From Flavobacteriales bacterium (lineage in GTDB: Bacteria; Bacteroidota; Bacteroidia; Flavobacteriales_F; PHOS-HE28): a DNA stretch of 64,000 bases. Within the stretch, counting starts at the first letter, position 1; each line of letters opens with the position of its first letter. Below the pieces are notes generated by a model. It did not search any database and was not told the origin of the DNA. It was given only the letters and a program-made list of their open reading frames with translations. Location: positions 1,294,808 through 1,358,807 of the forward strand of contig JADKHI010000001.1 in NCBI GenBank assembly GCA_016721825.1, read 5' to 3'. The translations under genes and the position numbers were made by a program. Of the stretch, positions 28,393-37,108 are shown one piece after another.

Positions 28393-30196
28393 CCGACCCA
28401 AGCGCACCGGCAAACCCGCCAAGCGCGCCGGCGCACGGGCCTCCACAGAACGACGCCCCCGCAAGGGCAAACCCGGTGACGATGCCGTCGGCGACGACGA
28501 CCGCGCACGCAGTGCCTTCCGCGGCGAACCCGCGCCCGAACGCCCCCGCCGTTCCTTCGGTGACAACGACGACCGCCCACGCCGCCCCGCACCCCGCGGA
28601 GATGATCGCGGTGGCCGCCCCAGCAGCGACCGCCCCTACCGCAGTGGCCCACGTTCCGATGACCGCGGCGACCGTCCTTCACGCCCCAGCCGTCCGGGCA
28701 GCGACAGGCCTTCCGGTGATCGCCCCTACCGCAGTGGTCCGCGTTCCGATGATCGCGGCGACCGCCCTTCACGCCCCAGCCGTCCGGGTGGCGACCGGCC
28801 TTCCGGTGATCGTCCCTACCGCAGTGGTCCGCGTTCCGATGATCGCGGCGACCGTCCTTCGCGCCCCAGCCGTCCGGGCAGTGACGGGCCTTCCGGTGAT
28901 CGCCCCTACCGCAATGGCCCCCGTTCCGATGACCGTGGTGACCGCCCCTCACGCCCCAGCCGTCCGGGTAGTGACCGACCTTCCGGTGACCGCCCCTACC
29001 GCGCTGGCTCCCGCTCGGAGGACCGCGAACGCCCTTCGCGTTCCGCACGCCCCGGCAGCGACAGGCCCTCCGGTGACCGTCCTTACCGCAGCGGACCGCG
29101 TTCGGATGACCGCGGAGATCGGCCCTCGCGCCCCTACCGCCCCGGTGGCGACCGTCCTTCGGGCGACCGACCGTACCGCGGTGGCAGCGACGGACCGAGC
29201 CGTGGCCGCGATGGCCGCTTCACCAGCCGGGATGACAGTCGCCCTTCGCGCCCCTACGGTGGTCGTGGGGATGACCGCCGCCCGCCCTATTCCGACCGGC
29301 CCGCGCGCCCTTCCAAGGACGAACGCACTTACCGCCCGGACGATCCGCTGGCCCGCAGGCCTTACAACAAGGGCGAGCGCAGCCAACGCTTCGCTCTGCC
29401 CAACCCGGACAACGAAGGCCTGGTGCGCCTGAACCGCTACCTGGCCCAGGCCGGTGTGGGCAGCCGCCGCGAGGCCGATGAGCTGATCACCACCGGTGTG
29501 GTCACGGTGAACGGCAATGTGGTGACCGAGCTGGGCACCAAGATCAAGCCGGACGATGTGGTGCACTACGGCGGCCAGAAGCTGAGCATGGAGCAGAAGC
29601 GCTACGTGCTGATGAACAAGCCCAAGGACACCATCACCACCACGGATGATCCGCGCGAGCGCCACACCGTGATGGACCTGATCGCCAAGGCCTGCACCGA
29701 GCGCCTGTACCCCGTGGGCCGCCTGGACCGCAACACCACCGGCGTGCTGCTGCTCACCAACGACGGCGACCTGGCCAAGAAGCTCACCCACCCCAGCCAC
29801 GGCGCCGAGAAGATCTACCACGCCACCCTGGACAAGAGCATCACCGTGGACGACCTGCACAAGCTGGTGGAGGGCGTGCGCCTGGACGACGGACCCGCCA
29901 GCGCCGAAGAGGCCAGCTACGTGGGCGACAGCAAGCGCGAAGTGGGCCTGAAGCTGCACATGGGCCGCAACCGCGTGGTGCGCCGCATGTTCGAAGCCCT
30001 CGGCTACGAGGTGGTGAAACTGGACCGCGTGATCTTCGCCGGCCTCACCAAGAAGGAACTGCAACGCGGCCACTGGCGCCACCTGACCGATAAGGAGGTG
30101 ACCATGCTGAAGCGCATCAAGAGCGTGGCCACACCCACCACCAAGGAGGAACGCGGCGGCGGAAGACTGCGCGGCCAGCACTTTGGGGATGAGTGA
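28379..30196 (+). CDS. rluB: RsuA/RluB-family rRNA pseudouridine synthase with a long disordered R/D/P/S-rich N-terminal extension
   Basis: S4 domain: VRLNRYLAQAGVGSRREADELITTGVVTVNG. Catalytic motif: YPVGRLDRNTTGVLLLTNDGDLA. The N-terminal ~280 aa are low complexity and include 30-aa tandem repeats. Confidence 0.85.
   Translation: MSKADRPKRTGKPAKRAGARASTERRPRKGKPGDDAVGDDDRARSAFRGEPAPERPRRSFGDNDDRPRRPAPRGDDRGGRPSSDRPYRSGPRSDDRGDRPSRPSRPGSDRPSGDRPYRSGPRSDDRGDRPSRPSRPGGDRPSGDRPYRSGPRSDDRGDRPSRPSRPGSDGPSGDRPYRNGPRSDDRGDRPSRPSRPGSDRPSGDRPYRAGSRSEDRERPSRSARPGSDRPSGDRPYRSGPRSDDRGDRPSRPYRPGGDRPSGDRPYRGGSDGPSRGRDGRFTSRDDSRPSRPYGGRGDDRRPPYSDRPARPSKDERTYRPDDPLARRPYNKGERSQRFALPNPDNEGLVRLNRYLAQAGVGSRREADELITTGVVTVNGNVVTELGTKIKPDDVVHYGGQKLSMEQKRYVLMNKPKDTITTTDDPRERHTVMDLIAKACTERLYPVGRLDRNTTGVLLLTNDGDLAKKLTHPSHGAEKIYHATLDKSITVDDLHKLVEGVRLDDGPASAEEASYVGDSKREVGLKLHMGRNRVVRRMFEALGYEVVKLDRVIFAGLTKKELQRGHWRHLTDKEVTMLKRIKSVATPTTKEERGGGRLRGQHFGDE
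28628..29200 (+). repeat. 90-nt (30-aa) tandem repeat, about 6.4 copies, inside the rluB-like gene
   Basis: The unit is DRPYRSGPRSDDRGDRPSRPSRPGSDRPSG. The nucleotide string ACGCCCCAGCCGTCCGGG recurs with 90-nt spacing, for example at 28681 and 28771. Confidence 0.85.
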
Positions 30197-30220
30197 TGTG
30201 TGTTGAACTGCATTAAATGA

Positions 30221-30247
30221 ACAAGCCCGGTGATGTGCCGGGCTTGT
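30221..30247 (+). terminator. Intrinsic terminator after the rluB-like gene
   Basis: ACAAGCCCGG-TGATGTG-CCGGGCTTGT forms a 10-bp perfect stem and is followed by GCGTTTGGGG. Confidence 0.55.
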
Positions 30248-30362
30248 GCGTTTGGGGTGTGATCGGAACATCCGGCATCGCCGCCTCTGGCAGGCGAAGG
30301 TGCTCCATTGCGTATGTTCGAGGAATGAGATCGTGCAAGCGGCCGGAGGCCGGGATGGAAAG

Positions 30363-30922
30363 GGCACTCGGCACAGCCGAGCGCCGGTCGGAATTAAACA
30401 ACCAACACAGGGAATGAATCATGAATAAATCAATCAAAGCAGTGATGCTCTTGTCGCTACTCGCCATTTCAAATTGTGGCACTCGGGAAACTGCCGTTCT
30501 CTTGGAAGAAGCTCGGAAGGAAACAGTTGGGTCGAAGAAATTTGAACTCTACGATCAAATTATTCTTGCTGATAGCATGAATGATGTTGCACTTTATGAA
30601 AGGGGTCTACTACATGTCATGTATTACGAACATAGTATAGAATTGAGAAATGAAGGAAACAATATTGATAGTAGTGTTACACAGAAACATTATTTAAACG
30701 CACTTTCTGATTTCAGCAGAACTATTAAGCTTAATCCGAAAAACGGAATGGCCTATGCTAAAAGAGCGCGATTATATTCAATTATGAACAACATTAAGGA
30801 TGCATGCCAAGACTATATGAGTGCCTTTTCAAATGGCATTCCTGTCGATTCAGTTATATTGATTAATTGTCGTGACTGATTACCAAGCTTTACCTTACCA
30901 GCGGTTGGCTGTGCCGAGTGCC
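30363..30922 (+). mobile_element. AT-rich single-gene cassette bounded by perfect 16-bp inverted repeats
   Basis: GGCACTCGGCACAGCC at 30363-30378 and its exact reverse complement GGCTGTGCCGAGTGCC at 30907-30922 bracket the AT-rich ORF 30421-30879. No transposase is present. Confidence 0.4.
30421..30879 (+). CDS. Small lipoprotein with TPR-like repeats, foreign composition
   Basis: MNKSIKAVMLLSLLAISNCG contains a lipobox. The helical repeats (ALYERGLLHVMYYE..., YLNALSDFSRTIKLNPKNGMAYAKRARLYSIMNNIKDACQDY) are TPR-like. Sampled stretches are about one-third GC, against a GC-rich background. Confidence 0.75.
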   Translation: MNKSIKAVMLLSLLAISNCGTRETAVLLEEARKETVGSKKFELYDQIILADSMNDVALYERGLLHVMYYEHSIELRNEGNNIDSSVTQKHYLNALSDFSRTIKLNPKNGMAYAKRARLYSIMNNIKDACQDYMSAFSNGIPVDSVILINCRD

Positions 30923-30976
30923 TTAGCGAAAATCATCATGCTCTGACTGGAAGCCGACCGGACATTTCAAACGCAG

Positions 30977-31001
30977 AACCCCCGGAACCGTTCCGGGGGT
31001 T
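30977..31001. terminator. Bidirectional terminator hairpin between convergent genes
   Basis: AACCCCCGGAA-CCG-TTCCGGGGGTT forms an 11-bp perfect stem between the stops at 30879 (+) and 31058 (-). Confidence 0.55.
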
Positions 31002-31057
31002 GTGCTGAGTGAGAAGAAGGTGCTTCTCGTGGTGTTGTGCACGGGGAAGTGCCGGGC

Positions 31058-31675
31058 TTAAGCGGCGCGGCCGCTGACCACATCGCTCGCGGGGCCTTCG
31101 CCGATACGGCCGAGGGCTGTCACGCGGAACGAGTAGAACTTACCGGGCACCAGATCGGTGATGCGGGCTTTCGCCTTGCTGCTCACCGCCACCATCTGCC
31201 ACTTGCTGGGATCGCTGGGGTCCGCATCGTTGATGTACACCTGGTACATCCGCGCGTCCTCCACACGTTTCCACAACAGGTCCACGCACCCTTCGAAGTC
31301 GCTTACGCGGGCTTCGAGCTTCACTGGCGGGTTCAGGTGAGAGGTGGGTTCAGGCTTCTTGGCCAGCTCAAAGCCGCTGGTCAAGGCCATGTTCACATCC
31401 CCACCGGCCACGTTGTTCACGTAGCGCGCCAGGTTCACCAACAGGGTACGCAGCACCTCGGCGAGTTCGTTCCGCACGGCAATGTCAGCGATGGCACGGC
31501 TCTCCGCTTTCGCGACGGCCGCCACCAAAGCCTCCCGTGCGGCGGTAACGTCGGTGATCTTCGGGTTCGGCGTGGGGAAGTTGGCGTTGGCCGTCATCTT
31601 CCCTTCCACGTACTCCGACTTGGCGATGAGGCCATCGGCGTTCAGCGCGCTGGTTCCTGCCTTGATCAGTTTCAT
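31058..31675 (-). CDS. Fibronectin type III domain-containing hypothetical protein
   Basis: Start chosen at MKLIKAGTSALNADG (31675). The C-terminal ~90 aa (PPVKLEARVSDFEGCVDLLWKRVEDARMYQVYIND...VPGKFYSFRVTALGRIGEGPASDVV) has an FN3 pattern. Confidence 0.65.
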   Translation of the reverse strand: MKLIKAGTSALNADGLIAKSEYVEGKMTANANFPTPNPKITDVTAAREALVAAVAKAESRAIADIAVRNELAEVLRTLLVNLARYVNNVAGGDVNMALTSGFELAKKPEPTSHLNPPVKLEARVSDFEGCVDLLWKRVEDARMYQVYINDADPSDPSKWQMVAVSSKAKARITDLVPGKFYSFRVTALGRIGEGPASDVVSGRAA

Positions 31676-31903
31676 GGGTGTTCGTTGTTGGTTGTTCCGT
31701 TCGACTTCGAGTGCGTCCGTGTTGCTCTGGCCTCGGCGCATCACTGGGGGTGATCCCGCTGGCCAAGGGTTTTAACCGAAAAGGTCGCCGCCGTGCCCTG
31801 CGGCCGATCGTGAACAACCGGGCAAAGCCCCGCCCCTGCTGGCTTTGCAGCGCCCTCCGGAACGCACTTTTAACAATTGGGATGCGGAACATGCCCCAAA
31901 AAC

Positions 31904-32155
31904 ATGCGCATCATGGCCGCTACAATGCGCATCATGATCGCTACAATGCCCAACATAGCGTCTACCATGCGCATCCTGATCCCTACAATGCCCATCATAG
32001 CGCCTACTATGCGCATCATGATCCCTACAATGCCCATCCCAGCCGCTACCATGCGCATCATGATCGCTACCATGCCCATCATGGTCGCTACAATGCGCAT
32101 CATGATCGCTACCATGCCCATCATGGCGGCTACCATGCGCAGGGCATCCGCTTGC
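31904..32155 (+). repeat. 21-nt tandem repeat (true period 42 nt), about 12 copies
   Basis: ATGCGCATCATGATCGCTACM alternates with ATGCCCATCATGGNSGCTACM. Two + frames and two - frames stay open across the array. Confidence 0.9.
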
Positions 32156-32298
32156 ATGCACATGGCCCAAGCCATTACAGACCCCAATGCGTGCCCCTTG
32201 CACGCTTCGTTCATCAACAACTCCAGGTCGAAAAATGAAGGTGCCCCCTGTGAAAAAGACGTTAGTACGGCGTGTGCTGAACATGGAGCTTCGGGTCC

Positions 32299-32913
32299 AT
32301 GGTGGCCGCGGCCAGCATCGGGGTGGAACAACCGTGCCGCCAAAGTCCGGCGGAACAGGCCCATGTAGTGGTGCTGCTGGGCGGTACACCCCTTTACCAA
32401 GGCCAGCCACGCCCGGGCCGCCTGCTACCGCCCCGCTCCCTCGGCAAGGCCCTGCGCCAGCTCCTGAAAAGCTGCGAGTCGCGCGTGCGCGAACAACTGA
32501 AGGCGCTGCCGCCCGGCCGCCCCGCACAGGCCGAAGCCTTGGTTGCCGCCTACAAGCACTGGGAGCACCGCGTGCGTACCCGCCACCTGACGCCCCACCA
32601 CCTGCGCGCCCCCGAGGCCGATCACTTCCAGGCCTTCACGCTGCCCAACGCCGTGCGCCAGCAACTTCGCCGCCAACTGGCCGAACCCTTAAGCGCCACC
32701 GCGCCCGACTGCCGCCTGCGCATTGAGGCCCGGCTGCCCATCACCCCCTGTTTGCGCCTGCTGGACAAGGTGGCCGTGTACCTGCGCGCGCCGCACTATT
32801 GCACCCGCAGCAAGCGCTACCGCCCCTTTGCCACCGGCCAGTGGGAACCCCTTGCCGAGGACCGCGTGAAGGCCGCGCTCTGTTGCGGAACCTTGGTGGT
32901 GGTGGTGGAATAG
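32299..32913 (+). CDS. Hypothetical protein (very GC-rich, strong GC3 bias)
   Basis: 204-aa ORF starting at an ATG. Third codon positions are almost all G/C in this frame (ctc ggc aag gcc ctg cgc cag ctc ctg...), which supports real coding. I recognise no family. Confidence 0.5.
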   Translation: MVAAASIGVEQPCRQSPAEQAHVVVLLGGTPLYQGQPRPGRLLPPRSLGKALRQLLKSCESRVREQLKALPPGRPAQAEALVAAYKHWEHRVRTRHLTPHHLRAPEADHFQAFTLPNAVRQQLRRQLAEPLSATAPDCRLRIEARLPITPCLRLLDKVAVYLRAPHYCTRSKRYRPFATGQWEPLAEDRVKAALCCGTLVVVVE

Positions 32914-32931
32914 CGAGAAACGACGCAACAG

Positions 32932-33471
32932 CTACTTCAACGTTGCGCTCGTGTCTGTCGACATCGTTTGGCCCTCTGGATTCATTCGTTCCTTGACAAC
33001 GGGGTGATAACGCGCCTCATGTTCTCTTACTGCATTGGCATCGTCCGCTCTTGACCAGCCGATCGTGTACGCCGTTAGACCCATCGTGATGAGAGTGAAG
33101 AGACCGTTGATCACCAAGAAGCGCTTATTCCAGATCGTATCTGTGATCTTGGCGCGATTCGCTCCGCGAACCTCTTCCTGGGCTTTCTTCTGGTCCTCCC
33201 AGTACGCGATCGGCCCTCCTTTGAACTTTAGTGCGGCCCGGCCCTCCTTGCCCATTTCGAGGATTTGGGAATAGTCCTTCGGTACAATGATGCACCCGCG
33301 ATCCGCTAGAAATTCCTTGGCACGCTTCTCATGTGGATGGCCGAAGTAAGGTTCTACGGACGTTCGCCATCCCGACCAATTCCCACCCGGTAAACGGCCC
33401 TCATGGTCCTTGAAATAGTAGAGGAAGTGCTCCGCTAGCTGCTCGTCACTCCAGTCGAGGTGATTGATCAT
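32932..33471 (-). CDS. Hypothetical protein with one C-terminal transmembrane helix
   Basis: 179-aa ORF of intermediate GC. It has a soluble N-terminal domain, then FLVINGLFTLITMGLTAYTIGW. I recognise no family. Confidence 0.55.
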   Translation of the reverse strand: MINHLDWSDEQLAEHFLYYFKDHEGRLPGGNWSGWRTSVEPYFGHPHEKRAKEFLADRGCIIVPKDYSQILEMGKEGRAALKFKGGPIAYWEDQKKAQEEVRGANRAKITDTIWNKRFLVINGLFTLITMGLTAYTIGWSRADDANAVREHEARYHPVVKERMNPEGQTMSTDTSATLK

Positions 33472-33755
33472 TCAACCAAGCTATTCGAATTGTAGATAGC
33501 GAAAGCTATGGCAGGAGAAAGGCAGCATGTCGGGCATCCTGGGTCTTAACCTAAGAAGGCCAACAAGCCACTGGGCCTGGACAGCCTTGAGGCCTCTGAA
33601 CGCCACTGACCGCTCAGGCCCTTGGCCTAGAAGCAGCGTAGCGAAGAGGCTATTAGCAAAGAGCCTCTGGCGGGTGAAGGAGCGCTCGCACCGTTGACAA
33701 CTCCATATTAACCCTTCTACACTCAGCCGTAAGTTAGGCTCATAATTACAACACC

Positions 33756-34790
33756 ATGCACAGCGCCGAGCAATACGAGACCGTCCAGAAGGAACTACGG
33801 ACCAATCTCGATCAACTCTCAGCCCTAGACCTGGAGCGGGACCTCATACGCCGGGATGATCTTGGCACTGAATTCAATTTCGAGCGGGCGAGGCACGTCT
33901 TCGTTGAAGTGCTGGACACGGTCCGTCTTACGCGCTATTGGGACTTGCGATTAGCGCCACATTCTCAACTTCTACAGATCAAGCATCGGCTCTTGGAGCT
34001 CGCAGATGCGATCAACGCTGTGCAGCAGTTCAAGCCGGGTAGAGCGAACAATCCGGTCAACACACGCGATCACCTCGCGACTAACATTAGCAGCGCCTAC
34101 GACAACTTCTACCAAAGCCTAACATCCGGTCTCGTATCCAGCGCCCTTATCGGCACCACACAGGAGGACCTGAAGGGTCAAGCTAAGGCTACTCTACATG
34201 AAGTGGCTTCCATCCGGGAGGAAGCTAGGGATGAACTGAACAAGCTGCTTGTTGAGGCGCAGGCCACCCTCGCAACGCTTCGCGAAACCGCAGCAGAATC
34301 GGGCGTCACCCACCATGCCACCGTGTTCAGTGAAGAAGCACGGGCACATGATACCATGGCAACGACTTGGCTAAGGACAATCTACGGCACCTTGACGATC
34401 ACTGTGTTGTGCGGAATCGGGCTGCTCTTCTTGCAATTGGAAACGCTCACGGGAAATGCGGATGCCTCGAATATGGCTCATGTCCAGTTCACCATAACCA
34501 AAGTGGTGCTGATCGCGGCTTGTTTCTACGCCTTATCCCTGGCGGCCCGGAACTACAAGGCACACCGGCACAACGCCGTAATGAACAAGCACCGCCAGAA
34601 CGCGCTACAGACCTTCGAGACCTTTGTGAAGGCGAGCGCCGATGAGCAGACGCGCAATGCCGTTCTACTGGAAGCCGCACGCACCATCTACGGCAACCAA
34701 TCCACGGGTTACCTGGCCAACACGGGTGACACGGACAACCCCAGCCGGGTGATCGAGATCTTCAAAGCGGCTGATCGTAGCTCTACCTGA
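33756..34790 (+). CDS. Hypothetical membrane protein: N-terminal helical/coiled-coil region plus two TM helices
   Basis: 344-aa ORF. TM helices: WLRTIYGTLTITVLCGIGLLFL and FTITKVVLIAACFYALSLAA. These are followed by the basic helix RNYKAHRHNAVMNKHRQNAL. I recognise no family. Confidence 0.65.
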   Translation: MHSAEQYETVQKELRTNLDQLSALDLERDLIRRDDLGTEFNFERARHVFVEVLDTVRLTRYWDLRLAPHSQLLQIKHRLLELADAINAVQQFKPGRANNPVNTRDHLATNISSAYDNFYQSLTSGLVSSALIGTTQEDLKGQAKATLHEVASIREEARDELNKLLVEAQATLATLRETAAESGVTHHATVFSEEARAHDTMATTWLRTIYGTLTITVLCGIGLLFLQLETLTGNADASNMAHVQFTITKVVLIAACFYALSLAARNYKAHRHNAVMNKHRQNALQTFETFVKASADEQTRNAVLLEAARTIYGNQSTGYLANTGDTDNPSRVIEIFKAADRSST

Positions 34791-34923
34791 TGTTCCTCCA
34801 TCAAGAGAATTGAAACGCCGACACGAGCCTGGAGATCTTCCGGACCTTGAATAGACGCACCATTTGGAGGCTAAGCTCACCAATCCAAACCATGGCTTAC
34901 TGTGAATGCTTCGGGCCTATCGC

Positions 34924-35616
34924 TCAAAGCAACTCAGCAGCGATCAGGTTCGAGTACGTAATGTGGCTCCCTTCCCCAGTCGGCTTTCCATCATAGCGCT
35001 TGAGGCCTAACTTCTCGGCTGCTTCGTCGCAGATCCGAATGAACTGTTCGGTGTCAGTTACCTCCTTTCGCTCCGGTTTCACTCTCACATACACAAGCCC
35101 GCCTGGTTTAGACCACGCTTGTATCCTTGACCAAGCCTCGCGAAGCTGTGTAATAGGAAGAAAGTGCAAGACGTTGCTCGCTATTACCAGATCATAATGT
35201 GGCTGCAAGCTCACATAATTCTGTATGTGACAACCATACCGCAATTGAATCTTCTCACGAAGCGCTGAGTAAGTCTGCTTTACTGCAATTGCGCATGACG
35301 GAACTGGCTCAACCTCAGACCATAAATAGTGCAATGTGCGGGGGTATGGCCATGCCTCACCTTTTGCCTCCTCCCGTATCTTTATGTGAGCTTCTACAGC
35401 CCCCTCCTCACTGTTCCTGTCAACCCCTTCCAGATGTTCGAATCCAAAGGTATAGTACAGCATGACCGTACCTATTCCCACGCCGACGCCAAGATCCAAT
35501 ACTGACCGAACGTGGGCTTCTCTAATACGCTGGTCGATGCGGTCGTCACTCTGACCGCAAAACAACTCCCAAAAAGCTCCCTCTTCTCCGAGTGTCTTGA
35601 ACTTAGCTGGTTCCAT
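34924..35616 (-). CDS. Class I SAM-dependent methyltransferase
   Basis: VLDLGVGVGIGTVML is motif I (the G-rich loop). Also DLVIASNVLHFLP...KPGGLVYVRV. No DNA-methyltransferase motifs (DPPY/PC-type) were seen. Confidence 0.75.
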   Translation of the reverse strand: MEPAKFKTLGEEGAFWELFCGQSDDRIDQRIREAHVRSVLDLGVGVGIGTVMLYYTFGFEHLEGVDRNSEEGAVEAHIKIREEAKGEAWPYPRTLHYLWSEVEPVPSCAIAVKQTYSALREKIQLRYGCHIQNYVSLQPHYDLVIASNVLHFLPITQLREAWSRIQAWSKPGGLVYVRVKPERKEVTDTEQFIRICDEAAEKLGLKRYDGKPTGEGSHITYSNLIAAELL

Positions 35617-35994
35617 AGCTGTATTGCAGGTAAGTTATCCAGAATTCTATGAAGTCATTCCCCCTCCGACGCTCGGGTGTCCCGGGTGTGTTACGCTCGC
35701 ACCCATCCGCTTGCCGCTCAATAACTCGCCGCTTACATTCGGACAGGAGGGCGAAGGAGCGCCCGACCACAACAGTTGAAAGGCCCAAAGGCTCAGTAGC
35801 CAGCGTCGCAATTCGAGTAAAGCAAAGCTCGTGGCTCAGGGCTCGGGGCCAATGGACGAAGGAGCAAGCTCCGCTGACGTAGACCAACTCGCCGCTAGCC
35901 GCTCAATACCTCGCCGCTAAAGAATGAGGCAAGCTCCGCGTCCATTGCGTATGTTCGATGAGCGAGATCACAGTTGCACACGAATGCCAAGGTC

Positions 35995-36957
35995 ATGAAA
36001 AGCGCTCTATTCCTTCTTAGCACCCTGCTCGGCTTAGGAACCTACGGACAGAACCTAGTTCCGAACGGCAGCTTCGAACAGTACACTGGCTCCTGTCAGT
36101 TCGGTGTTGGATACGCTAACATGTATGATTGGGTCCGGCCAGATTGTGGTCAATGGCCGGGTTTCGGACATGCTTGCAACAATGGGCTCGGCAATGGTTC
36201 TGGAACCCCGCAAGGTGGCTTGGGATATCAAGAACCAGTTGAGGGTGTTGGCTATGCAATGCTTTGGACATTGCGGATGAATTCCCAGTTATACCCGGAC
36301 GGGAACCCTCAGGTCTATGTCTCTGTGGATTTGACAACACCACTGGTTGCCGGCCAGCGCTATTGCATGCGCTTCTACGCGAACCTCGTCGATTCGGCGA
36401 GCTACAAGACCACAGCTCTGCATGCCTTGTTCTGGTATGGTGTACCAAGTGCATGCAACCAAGCAGATTCCACATGGGACGACCAAGCACAGATCACCTT
36501 TGACATAACCGATGTTGACACGATGAACTGGAAGCTCCTTGAAGGATCCTTCGTGGCCAATGGAGGTGAAGTGAACTTGACGATCGGCTCGTTCCTATTC
36601 GACAGTGAGATCATCAGTACATTTTTAGGGAGTCATCCGATCCATGGCGATAATGCTCTGTATTTGATCGATGATGTCTGGGTGTGGGCCTGCGAAGTCG
36701 GTGTAGAGGAGCACACCAATGATCGCCTGCGCCTGTACCCGAACCCGGCTACGGACCTGGTGCGGATCGCGTTGAACGCCGGTGAGGAAATGGGTACCGT
36801 GAGCGTGCTGGATGTGCAGGGCCGCACGGTGCTTCAGCAGGCCTTCCGAGGCGTGCAAGCGGAGCTGGATGTTTCCGGCTTGAGCAGTGGTGCATACGTG
36901 GTGCAACTGCGCACGGAGCGTTCGGTGTTGTCGGCGCCGTTGCAGGTGGTGCGGTAG
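35995..36957 (+). CDS. T9SS type A sorting domain-containing protein, tandem paralog 1
   Basis: Start at MKSALFLLSTLLGLGTYGQNLVPNGSFEQ. The C-terminus LRLYPNPATDLVRIAL...VLDVQGRTVLQQ...SGAYVVQLRTERSVLSAPLQVVR is a type A sorting domain. The N-terminal two thirds diverge from paralogs 2 and 3 and are less GC-rich. Confidence 0.8.
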   Translation: MKSALFLLSTLLGLGTYGQNLVPNGSFEQYTGSCQFGVGYANMYDWVRPDCGQWPGFGHACNNGLGNGSGTPQGGLGYQEPVEGVGYAMLWTLRMNSQLYPDGNPQVYVSVDLTTPLVAGQRYCMRFYANLVDSASYKTTALHALFWYGVPSACNQADSTWDDQAQITFDITDVDTMNWKLLEGSFVANGGEVNLTIGSFLFDSEIISTFLGSHPIHGDNALYLIDDVWVWACEVGVEEHTNDRLRLYPNPATDLVRIALNAGEEMGTVSVLDVQGRTVLQQAFRGVQAELDVSGLSSGAYVVQLRTERSVLSAPLQVVR

Positions 36958-37108
36958 TTCGTTCCGAGGATTGGGTGACTCGCGTGCGTCACGCTCTTAC
37001 CCATCCGCTAGCCGCTCAAGAACTCGCCGCTAGAGGAATGAGGCAAGCTCCGCGTCCATTGCGTATGTTCGATGAGCGAGATCACTGTTGCACACGAATG
37101 CCAAGGTC

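Noticed and set aside
28949-30367. A 472-aa minus-strand ORF opposite the rluB-like gene.
   Set aside because: It is antisense to a gene with S4 and pseudouridine synthase motifs and has no recognisable features.
31882-32238. Calling the His-rich ORF across the minisatellite as a confident CDS.
   Set aside because: Four frames are open across the array, and codon-position evidence conflicts between them. I report it as a finding, not as a feature.
35984-35998. A conserved 4-codon uORF (ATG CCA AGG TCA TGA) whose stop overlaps the ATG of each tandem paralog.
   Set aside because: It is conserved only because the whole leader is duplicated. It is too short to evaluate, and there is no independent evidence of translation.
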